Shown: positions 10,799-23,639, numbered from the whole stretch's first letter. The stretch: DNA of 63,627 nucleotides, filler included, from Hausera hauseri (GCA_046269625.1; 12 parts of 12 records of this genome joined end to end with filler, not necessarily neighbours in it); one strand, 5' to 3'. Translations and numbers: made by a program. The notes: a model not told the origin generated them from the sequence alone.

Positions 10799-12541
10799 TC
10801 ATATCTGGATTGTGATGAGTGTTTTGATTTGGAAATCAGTATTTGATTCTTGGACTGTAGTTATTCTGTATAAATTTTCCAGAATATAATTGTTCTTTGT
10901 TGCAAATAAGATCATTCTGATCTTGCTTTTATTCGTATTTTTTAATAGCAGCGGTCGGCCTCCCCTTGGTTTAGGAAGAGGTATGATATCCAGTTGTATA
11001 GGAATTGGTTGGAATGTAAGAATGGGCTTATGATTAAGTAGTTTAATAGATTCTAATTTTCCTCCAATTAATGCTAGATGGAGGGTATTGTATATTGTAT
11101 TTTTATATACAATACCAATTGGAGTTCCAAAATTATTATTTGGAACCAAGAGACGATTATTTGTGATAACTGAAACAGGTTGTGGTACATATCTAACATT
11201 GATACATTGGCTGATTTGTCCGTATAATAGCATTGATAGTTCCGTTTGAGGTTTTGGTTCTATGTTTTTGGGTATAATATCCGTACTTTTCTTCAATTGT
11301 TCGATTGGAGATAATTCCTTATTTTGAATCTTTTCATATCTATAATTTTCGTGGTAAGATGATGGTATCTTTGGTAAACTACCATAATCAATTAAGTTAT
11401 TAGAGGGTGGTTCCCAATCATAGATCCACTTCTCGTTTGAGCAGGAATTTTCTATTTTACTAAATATTTGAATAATGCTTTTTAAAATTAATTCTGCTGT
11501 TTTTGGAAAACTATAATCAAAACCATACACCATTGGCATTTGAGTTAAATTTGGCTTAAGTCCCTCTTCCTGGAATCTTTGTTTGGTATTCTTTGTTGCC
11601 AATAAATCTAGTTTTCCGAATGTAAAATCTTCTGGAATTCGAAGGGCTTTAAGGATGGTGCTTGTATTAGCACTAATAACGAAATAGCCAAAGAGATATT
11701 GAATTATTTCGTTTCGAACTTCGTTTTCGTCAGGTGATTGCTGGATGATCTGCATGGTTAATCCGTGTATATGTTCATTGGTGTTGGCTATTCTTCTTCT
11801 TGGATTAATGAAGGACTGGTATATCACCAATTGGTTTTCGTCGGCAATAATAACCTCTATGGGTAGCGGGTCTCCATTAGAGGCATAGGCCAATGATACC
11901 GCTAAAAATCGGTAATTATAAGTCGTGGTTAATCCATAATTATAGATATTACTATTCGGATACTGATAGAAAACTGGTGAAGTAAATCCTGCTTTGTTGT
12001 CAGTATCTTGACATGATTCAATACCCATTACTACAGGGGTAACTAAAATTCGGAAATATAATTTAGTTTTCAATGCTATAGCCTTGATTTTCATTGTATT
12101 CCTTGATACAAATACTGAAATTCTTTCTGATAGTCCGTCATAATTATCAGAGTGGGCTCTCAACTGTATCTTTCCTTGGGCCATATGGATTAAAATTTTC
12201 TTAGTGGATTCTTCTATTTGTAATAGGTTTGTTAAATCTACATTGTATAAGGGTTTATCGAATTTTATTATTCGAAACGAACGGTTTGAGAGTGTATTAG
12301 TTTTCAGTGTATTGTCCAAGTATTTACACTCAGGATAAAGAATATCTGTGGATTCGTTTGTTAGTTCTGTTAAACGATTATAGAACTTTGTCGAGTAGAG
12401 ATTTCTCCTGGTATCATAAATTCGGATAAGATTTTTGTCATATAGTTCATTCAATGATTTATTCTTAATTCGGTTCATTTCATTTTCTTTTAAATTTTCT
12501 TGTACCGTAGCTTGTAATTTTCTTTGTTTAGTTTCACGCAA
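10799..12541 (-). CDS. 3' accessory ORF of LTR element with DEDDh (REX4/ISG20-like) exonuclease fold, catalytic acids substituted
   Basis: FLAVSLAYASNGDPLPIEVIIADENQLVIYQSFINPRRRIANTNEHIHGLT...SPDENEVRNEIIQYLFGYFVISAN...LKALRI (about 11480-11915) follows the RNase T/REX4 pattern; ends about 220 nt before the PPT. Confidence 0.6.
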   Translation of the reverse strand: MRETKQRKLQATVQENLKENEMNRIKNKSLNELYDKNLIRIYDTRRNLYSTKFYNRLTELTNESTDILYPECKYLDNTLKTNTLSNRSFRIIKFDKPLYNVDLTNLLQIEESTKKILIHMAQGKIQLRAHSDNYDGLSERISVFVSRNTMKIKAIALKTKLYFRILVTPVVMGIESCQDTDNKAGFTSPVFYQYPNSNIYNYGLTTTYNYRFLAVSLAYASNGDPLPIEVIIADENQLVIYQSFINPRRRIANTNEHIHGLTMQIIQQSPDENEVRNEIIQYLFGYFVISANTSTILKALRIPEDFTFGKLDLLATKNTKQRFQEEGLKPNLTQMPMVYGFDYSFPKTAELILKSIIQIFSKIENSCSNEKWIYDWEPPSNNLIDYGSLPKIPSSYHENYRYEKIQNKELSPIEQLKKSTDIIPKNIEPKPQTELSMLLYGQISQCINVRYVPQPVSVITNNRLLVPNNNFGTPIGIVYKNTIYNTLHLALIGGKLESIKLLNHKPILTFQPIPIQLDIIPLPKPRGGRPLLLKNTNKSKIRMILFATKNNYILENLYRITTVQESNTDFQIKTLITIQI

Positions 12542-13517
12542 ATCTCCAAAGTGAAACCCTTTCGTCTAATTTCAAATACTGATGTAGAAGATTTTGTAGT
12601 TTCCATGGTTTTAGTTAAAATGGGTTGTGATAGGATCCCTCTACTCATTGAATAGGTCAGGTTTGGTATTTGAAAACTGAATGAGCAATTAGTACTCGAA
12701 TTTATCATACGCAGTTGAGTTGGTATAACCTTGCGTTTAGGGTTAGGGACCACTGTTTCGTTAGAATCATTTGAACTATTTTCATTATCAGATTCATCCA
12801 AATCAACACTGATTTTCTTTGAGTGATCGTTTGGTATATTGTCATTTGAAAAATTCTGTTCATAATCTGGAGTATTCAAAAAATCCATTCTGCTAAAAGA
12901 GAAACAACTAGTATAGCAAGTCATATTTAATGGCTTGCTAGAAGGGTAGGAGGTTACCCTTCTATATTTTATTGGTCTTGTATGCTGCTGCAAATCTATT
13001 GGTTTAGATTTGCTATAGTATTGTGATATGTGTGTTAGTATTATTGTTCTAGTTGGTGTGTGTATTTTAGTGTGTTTGCTTTCGTCATTAGATATTTTAT
13101 CCCCTTTCACGGCCACTATCCACTCCACATTATAATTCACTAAGCAAATTAGGTTGGTTGTTAGCAACAAAGTTTTATTCATGATTGCTTTCTTTTTAGA
13201 GAATCTTTTTATTTCTAGTATTACGAAGGGTGTGGATATGGACAGCAGTAGTAATATTATGATAATAAAAGGAATTGTAATTTTCAACAGGTTTGTTTGG
13301 GTACTAGGCTCAGTTGTTAGTTGCAATGGGGTGTAATTTGGAAATTCCTCATGCACTAAATATTTTTCGGTTCTCGTTTGAGTTCGGGTTGCTTGATGTC
13401 GGGTTTTAGCATAATTTTGAGTAAAAACAATCAGGTATTCTTCATCAGGCTGAAGATCGTTACATCTAGTTATTCGCTCATGTTCTTTTATAACAGCATA
13501 TATATTATGGTATTTTC
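12490..13517 (-). CDS. 5'-truncated FN3-like plus transmembrane accessory ORF
   Basis: Frame stays open to the contig edge: ITRCNDLQPDEEYLIVFTQN, T/P-rich stalk, TM ITIPFIIIILLLLSISTPFVIL, basic KRFSKKK. Confidence 0.55.
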
Positions 13518-13718
13518 NNNNNNNNNNNNNNNNNNNNNNNNNNNNNNNNNNNNNNNNNNNNTTAATTAATTAANNNNNNNNNNNNNNNNNNNNNNNNNNN
13601 NNNNNNNNNNNNNNNNNTACATTCAACTTTACCATAGTGCGATTCAGTTATAAAACCGAATATCAAATCAATTTTAAAAAATAAAAATTTTGTAAATAAT
13701 TTTGTACATTATAATACC

Positions 13719-16300
13719 TTGAATACCTACATTTCGAGCGTTGAGAGTAATGAGTCTTCCTCTTCCGGCAACATCATCTCAAAAACCACCTTACCCAATG
13801 ATCAAGTGTCTACGTCGTCATCATCCTTCATCCAACTCTTATCTGATCTTCAAGCGTTTGTCACTACTCAATGCTCAAGAATTCTCAAAAAAGATCCATT
13901 CTTTAAGCGTTCCTCCATCACATTTCACTACATTTTTACTTCTCATCAACGTCCAATTTGGCAAAAAGTGCAACCTCTCTCACCACGTCGCAGAAAAGCA
14001 GTTGCTGAGGAATTCCAGACGTTAGAGAACGCTGGCATTATCAGACGTTCTAAATCATCATGGGCATCACCTTTACACGTCATGCCCAAGAAGGAGGGCA
14101 CCTTCAGACCTTGTGGTGACTATCGCCAACTAAACACCATTACAATCATGGACGCATATCCATTACCTCTGATCAACGATATTCTGCACAGACTGCATGG
14201 TAAAACAATTGTTTTGGCCATCGATCTTCATAAGGCATATCACCAAATTCCTGTTATTCCGGCTGACATACCGAAAACGGCCGTAATAACACCATTCCGT
14301 CTTTTCGAATATGTCTATATGCCTTTTGGGCTTCGCAGTGCCTTACAAACATTCCAGAGATACATTGATACAGTTCTTGCCGGATTATACTTCGCTTTCC
14401 CATATATAGACGACATTCTTATCGCGTTGTCATTCCCCAAACAGCATGCGGAACATTTGCGCATAACTTTCCAACGCTTGCACCAGAACAACTTTGAAGT
14501 AAATTTTGCTAAATGTTGTTTTTTCCAACATAGAATCAACTTCCTTGGACAAGTTATCACCAAATTTGGCCATTCTCCCCACCAAGATCGCATCTCTCAA
14601 CTTAAAAATATCGAACTATAAACCACATCAACAGAAATGCACTCTTTCCTCGAAACGCTTCACTTTGTGCACAAGTATGTGCATCACTGTTCAACACTCA
14701 CGGCACCTGTCGCCTCACTCATCTCCGGTAAGAAGAAACAGATTATTCACTCGACTGCTGACTTAGTCAATTTTTTCGATCACCTCAAGGATAATTTAAA
14801 AACTGTGGAAATCCTCGTATACTCTGATCCACATTCGGACCTCTTCTTAACAACTGACACCTCCACAACAGCAGCAGGTGCAGTACTGCATCAATTGAAG
14901 GACGGTTCTCATCAGCTTCTTGAATTTTTCTCACGAAAATTCTCGAAAGTCAAATAACGCTACTCGACTTTTAACAGGGAACTTCTTGCAATGGTCCTAG
15001 CATTAAAGCATTTTAAACATCTTCTAATTTCACGCACATTTACCATTCAAACGAACCACAAGCCCATACTTCATATTCTCACTATGAAATCTTTATCTGC
15101 ACGTCAAGAGAGGCAGATTTTGTATCTCTCAACGTTCGCGTTCGAAATAAAACATATTTCAGGAGTTGACAATTTAGTGGCTGTTTTGTCGCGTTCCGTC
15201 GACTCGAACACACTTGCACCCATTTTTGATAGTGAGTTACTCCCACGGAACCTGCCAGACGAGTCAATTCTCTCCGTTTTCAAATCTTACAAAATCATTG
15301 ATGGCGTAGCTTTGGACACCTCTAATTTTGGGTTTACTAAAATTTATTCTATCACCTCCTTTGCATAAAACTGCTTTCACCAATATCCATTCCTTGCGTC
15401 ATCCAGGATCCAAAGTTACTTATCGCCTTCTTAAACGCCAAGTTATATGGCCATCAATGTGTACATATGTGCAGGGCTGGGTTAGGGAGTGTGGCATGCC
15501 AGAAGGTTAAAGTAGTAAGACACCTCAAGGCGCCACTATCATTTTCCTTGCACATCACGTTTTGACACCATCCACATCGACATAATCGGACCTCTTCAAC
15601 ATGATAACGGTCATCAGTTCATTCTCACAATGATGGATCGTGCTTCTAGATGGCCAGAAGCCGTTCCACTTCGTTCAACCAACAGTGAGACCATTGTAGA
15701 TGTCTTCATACGCACATGGCTCAGCAGATTCGGCTCACATAAGCACATAATCACTGATCAAGGCCCCCAATTTGAATTGAATTTTTTCAAATCATTTGTA
15801 AATTGACTTGGGATCAAGCATATTCACATAACACCTTACCATCCTCAGTCGAATGGGCTACTGGAGCGTTTTCGTCGTACTATGAAAATCTTCCTTAAAA
15901 TTTTAGCCGACTCCAATTAACACAGGGTAAACCTTCTTTTTTACGTTCTACTTGGATGGCGGAACGCCCCATCTACGACCACTGGCTGCTCGCTGTCCGA
16001 GACACTCTTTGGTACACCAGTGCGTACATTGTTCGAGTTTGCGCAGTGCGATGAAACACCCACTTACGAAACAATGCGGGCAGTGCAGGAGCACTTTGTT
16101 GCGCTGAATAGCGATTCGTTCTGCAGGATTTTAAATCACAACGAAGCATACATTCCCGACATTATACAACCAAATTTGTTTGGCAAAAGAATCCAGTGTC
16201 GCATGGTTCCAACCTCAGTACGTTGGGCCATTCAAGTTAATTCGTCTGAACTCATACTGCTATAATCCTCAAAAACGGAAAACAATGCTCGGTGCAATTA
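13719..16300 (+). mobile_element. pol: Decayed Gypsy pol (RT-RNaseH-IN)
   Basis: SSWASPLH, RPCGDYRQLN, KTAVITPF, MPFGL, YIDD, TDTS...GAVL, HPG...WP, HIDIIGPL, YHPQSNG.LERF. Confidence 0.93.
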
Positions 16301-16887
16301 ACTAAATCAAACCAGCATTCTTTATCAATGACAACCCTGATTATTCTGTTCCGCTTCGCAACAATTCCTTTCTTGATGCTTTTACCAAGCCTTCTATTCC
16401 ACCTCACAACAAACCTCTCTGACTTTTCTTCTCAGCCTTCACTAAACCTTCAATCCTGTCCTGATACTTCTCATCCTTTGTCAAACGCACAATGTTCTAA
16501 TTCGTCATTTCACAATAACAGTTCACTTCATGCCTTTCCTCAATCTTCTTCAGACCTTCAATCTTTCAAACCTACTTTACCTTTTTCCACTTCGTCTTCG
16601 ACTTATTTTCCTTCACAATCTTCATTCTCTTCGACACACACAACATCAAACACAAAACCCAAAAATCTAAGAAATCTTCCGCCACTACACACCTCTCTGC
16701 AACCTAACACAATGCACACAAACAAAACACACAGTAACATTTAGCACGTACAGTAGGGAAAAATTATTAGAAGGTATTTAACGTTTTGTCCGCACTAAGA
16801 CTGACTAAAATAAACTTCTTTTTTGGCGCCTTTCATTTCCCGTCTGTTTTTGTCTTTTATAGTTTTCAGTTCAGCCACGGGGGGTGA

Positions 16888-17135
16888 TGTGGTGCCGCGG
16901 GCGTTGCTGCGGTCTGGCTTTTGTTCTGTTGCACCGTGTGTTGGGGGTTTGTTTTCTCTTACCCGAAATTTGGCTGCTTTGAAGAATTCGGAACAGGAAG
17001 AAAAATCAAATGAATTTGGGAAATATGTATAATTTCTTTTTCTGTTCAAACATATAAATTCAAGGACACATTTATTCATAAACTTTATATACTCGATTGT
17101 TGACATTGTGTTCCTTCTTCATTTATTGAATTTAA
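16888..17135 (+). repeat. 3' LTR-like segment after PPT (GGGGGGTGA at 16879-16887)
   Basis: Starts TGTGGTGC after a G-tract; about 250 bp repeated at 17521-17768. Confidence 0.7.
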
Positions 17136-17426
17136 ATTGAAACTGAGTAAATGTTTTAAACGCCGGGCCTTGTAATTTTTGTTTTCTTTAAAATTTTTTG
17201 AAAGTGAAAAGAGAACGAGTAATTCCGCTAGGCAGTATCCACGGCACTCGTTTCTTGAGAAAAATTGAAAAAGATAAAATGAAAATAAAAGGTGAAAAGG
17301 GAAGTTTTATTTATAGCTAGGTGGTATTCGTATTTCGGAACACAGAAATTCTTTTGGAGCAACATTTAGTGATATAATATAAAATGATAAAACTTTTTGA
17401 GGACAATAATATTGCAAATTATTTTG

Positions 17427-17504
17427 AAGCTGATATTTCGATCGTATTAAGATCATCGTTAGAGTACTCTGACGAAGATCTTAATAAGATCAAAATATCA
17501 GCTT
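17427..17504. ncRNA. 78-bp imperfect palindrome made of two inverted degenerate minimal hammerhead-like motifs
   Basis: + strand CTGACGA-A-GATCTT-AAT-AAGATC-AAAA-TATC; - strand CTAACGA-T-GATCTT-AAT-ACGATC-GAAA-TATC; arms differ at 4 positions. Confidence 0.5.
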
Positions 17505-17520
17505 AAAAAGAATTGCAACA

Positions 17521-17789
17521 TGTGGTGCTTTGGGCGTTGCGGCGGCCTGGCTTTTGTTCTATTGTGCGGTGTGTTAGGGGTTTGTTCTCTCTTATCGGGA
17601 ATTTGGCTGCTTTGAAGAATTCGGAACAGGAAGAAAAATCAAATGAATTTGGGAAATATGTATAATTTCTTTTACTGTTCAAAGACATAAATTCAAGGAC
17701 ACACTTATTCATAAACTTTATATACTCGATTGTTGACATCGTATTCCGCCTTCGTTATTGAATAAAATTAAAAGCGAAAAGATATCAAC
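17521..17789 (+). repeat. Second LTR-like copy (solo LTR or local duplication)
   Basis: Similar to 16888-17135; starts TG; possible end TATCAACA; no TSD seen. Confidence 0.65.
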
Positions 17790-18652
17790 AGTAATGCTCG
17801 ATTACTATTAACTTTTGAACAACTTTCAATTCAGTCCTTAATCAGGGAAACTCGTCTCATTTCGTTCGGCCAATGGGCGAGAGGCCGTGCTCGTGCGGCG
17901 ATGTCGGTGGCCTTGAGCGTCGGGCCGTTTTCGGGTATCCAAAATTTACAAAGCGCGAATGCGTTTCAAACAGTAACATCAATAACAGTAATCACAACCA
18001 CAGTTTCTTGTCCGACACCGAAAATCAGTTTTTTGCACGTGAGGTTAATAAATAGCAGTAAAACATTAACTGCATCGATAACCAAATCAGCGCAACAAAG
18101 CAAACCAAATCAGAAGACTAAAAATCAATACACCGATCACGGAATTGATATTTATCGGAAATACTAAAGAAAAAAAACCGCAGAACGTAAATTCCATCGA
18201 TCGACGAATCACAAATATAAACATCATAGATTGCGCAATAAAAACAGTAAATATGGTAGAAAAACTGAAATCGATAAAATTCTACATTGCCAGTCAACAA
18301 TTTTCCTTGCAAATATTCAGACTAATGTAAACAAGTGCCGAAAAGTGACACATGGTCGATTCGCCCGACCTTAATAATTTTTTGTATTATGGCAAAAAAT
18401 TTATTTCTTGTTTAAATTTTGAAAAGAAAATAATTTTTTTTGGTTTCACAAGAATTTTCTAGTTTTTTGGAAGACATATTGTTACATATGCTATCATGAC
18501 CATTACCCGCAAGATTCAAAACTCATTCTCCGACGATAACAAAATTAAGGGGGTTTGAATCAGACCGCTACCAGGGCGCAATCAAACCCCCCCCCCCGAA
18601 AGATTTCTTGTAAAATGATTCAGGGAAAATTCGCATTCCGTTTGGAACTAAC

Positions 18653-19120
18653 ATGGCTACTGTTTTCAACAAAAATCGAAAGCGAATTGTCCTCACCGTG
18701 GAACAAAAACAGGAGATAATTGACAAACTAAAAAAGGGTGTAAAGCGATCAGATCTTGCCAGAGTCTACAATAACAGATATTAAGAACAGTGAATCAAAA
18801 TGGCAAGAATTTGTTTCCGAAATTGATTGTGCTGCTGCAACCGACTGCAGGAAGGTCATTCGTTTGTCAGAAAATCCAAAATTGGACAGGGCCTTAAAGT
18901 TATGGTTTATTCAAGAAAGATAAAAAAGACAACCAATATCTGGACCAATATTGATTGAGAAAATTCCGGTGATGATGAATTGGTACAGCTAGCAAAGAAC
19001 AGTCATAATGATGCACTCAACACCATCAATACAACAATAGACTGGATTGAACAACAGTCTGAATGTCGGTCGGAACAACTGTTGCTTCTACGCCGTTTAA
19101 AAGATTTAGCTGCTTCCAAA
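18653..19120 (+). mobile_element. Internally deleted Tigger/pogo (CENP-B/jerky-like) transposase
   Basis: KRIVLTVEQKQEIIDKLKKG (HTH_psq), LDRALKLWFIQER...PISGPIL (HTH_CENPB), joined to C-terminal SHNDAL...WIEQQ...LRRLKDLAASK; DDE domain absent. Confidence 0.85.
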
Positions 19121-20433
19121 NNNNNNNNNNNNNNNNNNNNNNNNNNNNNNNNNNNNNNNNNNNNTTAATTAATTAANNNNNNNNNNNNNNNNNNNNNNNN
19201 NNNNNNNNNNNNNNNNNNNNAATTTTGGATTCATTGGTCGCTATTTTGTAAGTACATAAATAAATGCACTATTGCCTACATTGCCAAAAATATGTTGGTG
19301 ACTGAATAGTTGTATCTACGTTCATGAAGACACTTTCTATTGGACTGTTCAAGTAAAAGAGGAAATCCAGACTTGGAAAAAATGCTTTGGGCATCTAATT
19401 ATGCTTTTCATAATTGTGACTACTGTCTGTATACCAGTATCATCCATTTGTCTTTTTTTCATGGCATAGTTTCTGTTTTAATTTCATTGTCAGGGATCCT
19501 TCTCTGGGGTGTTGTTGGTATCCTGATCCTCCTTTGACCCCCTGGGAATTCCAGTGCAATGCATGTCGTCGCCAATGTTATTTTGCTGTCAGTGTAATAT
19601 GTGTCCATTCTATTTCCTTTATATGATTGCTAGGCTTCTGACATTTCATGTGTGTAGATCATGTTTAATGCATCTGCTTATGTTATTCATTATAGTTCAC
19701 TAATTGTTGATGTAGTTTTTCACACTGATACTTTTTCTTTAGAAGAACAATATGTGATATTATCCTTCTGACTTCACATACTGTACTAATACCTGTGTTA
19801 TACATGTTTGCTGTTTTATGTTACTCAGTAGGTTATGTTAATGAACCATCATCATTACACATGGATCAAGAACTTGTATCCGGATATCAGAATGAAGTAC
19901 ATACTAGGCATAATATTTGGTAGGAATGTTTTTTTGTCAGAGGAGTGGCTTTTAAGCCTGCTGTATTTCAGTTTCCAACCTCCAGAGATTGTGGAAGTGC
20001 ATAACTCTCACATGGGACTGCATAATCTTTTGTGATAGGGTTAGATGCTTGGTCCCTCCCACCTTGAGACTAAGAGGTGGAATTCTCGTTTATTTAATCC
20101 TGTGAAAAAATTTGGCATCAACAACACAGTTAACTGCCTATGTTTCACGCCTTTGTCATTCGTAGATGAAAGGCCAGAAGAGACAATGCTGTCTGATAGG
20201 GTGCCCCTTGTCTGTAATATAATATGTATATAGTTAGGGTAGTTAAAGTAGTGGCTATTTCGTGGCTTATTGTCATGGCAAGGCGATGGTGTCATTTCAG
20301 TGTTGCAGGTTCAATTCCTGGAGTGGCCAATTTCCTTTCTAATTTTGTTATTGTTCAGTGTGTTCTTCTCCTTATTTATTTCTTTCAGTCTATCGAGTGC
20401 CCTTTTCGTTGATTTAATTGTTACCTTCATCCA

Positions 20434-20448
20434 ACATCGGGGTCATCA
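20434..20448 (-). promoter_or_regulatory. Possible degenerate tRNA-Trp PBS
   Basis: TGATGACCCCGATGT versus TGGTGACCCCGACGT (13/15); no clear LTR end next to it. Confidence 0.3.
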
Positions 20449-20877
20449 TTAAGAAACGATGCCAAAGATGGTCGAAAATGTAATTTTGAAGACACGCAGA
20501 GAAGTAGATGTATTTCCACCGTTTCCGGCAGGAAGTAAACAATGTCAGTAGTTATACGTGCGCGTTTCGCGCCTTATTTGTAGGTGGATCTAATGGGCTC
20601 ATATAGCGAAATATTTTACCTGGATCTGTAGGTGGAGTAATGATCTCATATGAGAAAATATTTTAGGTGGATCTGTAAATCAACCTATAGTAAGATTATA
20701 TAAGAAAAAAGTTAATAAGAAAGGGTCTTTTTCTGCAATGCAAGCATTTTATTTTTCATCATCATCATCATCATTCTTTTGAAGACATGTGTAGTTAGTT
20801 AGGGATGATGGAACGAGGGTGGTGGTAGGAGTGTTGGGGCGTGTGTAGTAGTGTTATCATAGTAGTTAGAGTCGATG

Positions 20878-21020
20878 GGTCTCTGGTGGGCTGCCTCCTT
20901 ACCTGGGCGTGCTTCCTCTAGTAACCTCTGGCGTGCTGCCCCCTTAAGGGGCTCTAGCGGGTTGCCACCTTATAGGGCTCTGGTTTGCTGCCTCCTTATA
21001 GGGCTTTAGTGGTTTGCATT
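20878..21020. repeat. About 26-bp degenerate tandem repeat (GGGCTCTGGyGkGCTGCCTCCTTATA-like)
   Basis: About 5 diverged units; one inverted unit at about 22552-22577. Confidence 0.7.
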
Positions 21021-21721
21021 ATCTCCTCGGTTACAAAAATTGCGCCTCGTGATCTAGAGTCAAACTGTTCTAGCTTGCTTTCGTTTAGACGGTTTTGACG
21101 CGTGGACAATGTTAAACTTTTCTTTCACATTGTATACAAACGCCTTTTTAAAAGACAGAAGTTCTATTTCGATATATGTAAACAGGCTAGACCCGGCCAA
21201 CTCCATGAAAACAATATCACACAATTGTTGGTAACAATAATAATTGTATGTTTGTTTGGTTCGCATTTTCTAAGGGGAGATTTTATTACCCGATAAATTA
21301 TTCGTGGGGGAAAAATGTTGAGGCGTTTCAGCCATGTTGGTCGATTTCAAAGTAGAAGTAACAGTCAGGATCTAAGCCAAATAAACGCATGCACTGTTGT
21401 GTTGAAAGAATAAGGATACGCCTCGTAAAATACTCGTGACAACTAAAAATGTGACAACTAAAATGTGTGCAGATTGCCTGGAAGACCAAATAAAATCAAC
21501 CGTCGAGATGTTTGAAGACCTAAAGATGTCCGACTTGACAAAATTATAAGTAACAAAATGTAAATTTCTCATGACACTACACATAGATGCCGTGTATAGT
21601 TTGTATAAATGTGGTTTCTCGAATAAAGTTGTAATAAAACATGTAGTATTTGCCTTGCAAAATGTGATTAAAATAAAATGTACATTTTCCTTATGTGAAT
21701 ACAATAGAATGAACTTTCAAG

Positions 21722-22394
21722 TGTTACAGGGACTATAATAAAATGTGATTTATAAACGTTACAAGGAATAATCACCGCAGTCCAACTACACTGTACTTTA
21801 TATCTTATTCACAAGGCAATTACTCTCGCCCCTCCGATCTGTCAATACAAAACGATCTCCCCTTATCTACTCGAGTACCCTTCAGCTACGATCTTGACTA
21901 GCCTCCCCTTGACTTTGCCCTCGCCGACCCTTCAGGCGTCATCTTGCCTCTGCTTTCCTATGCCTATCTCCGACTTTCTACTTATCCCGTCGCTAGTTGC
22001 CGATCAAGAATATATGACATGCCTTATCTCCGCCCTCTTCCTCTGTCTTCTGACTTTTCCTGACTTTCCCATGAGGACCTTTCAGACACCATCTTGACTC
22101 TGCCTTCCTAATTCTCCGCAACAAGACGAGCCCTATCACCGGTTACCCCTCACACTGCTGACGAATACCCTCGTTCTTGTCAATGTTTAATATCAAATAT
22201 ACAAAATTTATCACTTACTGTTATCTCCCCTCTGCTGACGACCAGCTTCCTACCTCCATCTCAGATTCCATAAGAACGAACCATAATTTAATAGTCCTCC
22301 CAACTTTTCTGCAAAGGAACATAATGATGAAAAACTGCTAACGGAAGGTCTTGGTCACTAAAAACAATAAAGCCTTACAAGGTACATGATAACA
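21722..22394. repeat. Possible solo LTR
   Basis: TGTTA...TAACA termini, CT-skewed internal repeats; no TSD found. Confidence 0.3.
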
Positions 22395-23495
22395 CCACGA
22401 CCCATCGCCTCTACCCTCGCTCTATCACCCCTAACTAACTACACATGTCATCAAAAGAATGATGATGATGATAATTATAATTAAGAGCTATAAAGAAGAA
22501 CAACACACTCCCCCAACGCCTAAATATTTGTCCTATATAACTTATCACTACATAAGGAGGCAACCCGCCAGAGCCCCATCGCCTCTAACTACACATGTCA
22601 CCAAAAAGAATGATAATGATAATTATAATTAAGAACTATAGTGTGGCCCCCACCCGTCATTCAGAGTACATAAGAAAAAAGAACAGCACACCCCTATCCC
22701 CCAACGCCTAAATAGTTACCTACATAACTACACGGACCCTTTGCCTATAGGCCCCTTACCCATAAGGCCATGTGACCCTCTTGACATAATTTCCGGGTAC
22801 ACGCAGGTGGCACCCTGCGCCGCCTGCACCAGCCTTGCTCCGCCTGCTCCCTCTTTGCGCCAGGTTGCGCCAGCATTGCGCCAGTTTTTCCTTATATAAG
22901 CTATATGCGGTGCCTGTAAACTACTTACACATAACGGCATGAAAACAAAGACACGGAACTTTAACATGTGATGTAGCTAAACATTAGGGCAGGAAAACAA
23001 AGAAATGAGGAATGAAAATGTTCGAACTTTTCCAGCCAAGCACTTCTCAAATTATATCTCCATTCAAGGAAAAAAGACAGAGAAACATAACATACCTGTA
23101 GTGAAGCAATGAATTGTCATACAGTTTTAACGAGTAAACGTGTCCAGCTTCACAGGGTAAAACTCGGTTTGACCATGAAAGCGAGAACGAGAAAACCGGA
23201 TGGGTAAAACCTGGTTATGTCCCTTTGACATCCTGCAAAATAAGAAACTTTTTTGTGTTGGTCTAATTCAGGTGCTGTGATAATTTACTGGGGGAGGGGT
23301 GTTAAGGGGTGGCACTTTCTAGGTGTGCCATTTAAGGCAATCGTAACTTCACGTCGTCCTGGGGGAATGTTGTTTTTAGTAAGCTTCATTCAACTNNNNN
23401 NNNNNNNNNNNNNNNNNNNNNNNNNNNNNNNNNNNNNNNTTAATTAATTAANNNNNNNNNNNNNNNNNNNNNNNNNNNNNNNNNNNNNNNNNNNN

Positions 23496-23573
23496 ACAAA
23501 TAAAAAACAACAACAGTGTATTTAGAGGTCAATAAAATGGGCCAAAAGTGCATGACCCTTGTTGGGCGCAACA
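23496..23573 (-). repeat. Start of 3' LTR, truncated by contig end
   Basis: Minus strand GCGGGGGCGGGATTGA then TGTTGCGCCC, downstream of integrase. Confidence 0.55.
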
Positions 23574-23639
23574 TCAATCCCGCCCCCGCGGCAAAGCAAC
23601 GATTAGAGAGGCAAGAAAGTAGAAAATGTGTAGAAGCGG

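Noticed and set aside
16795-17739. Duplicated small ORFs beginning MSTIEYIKF
   Set aside because: They lie on the antisense strand of the duplicated LTR-like repeat
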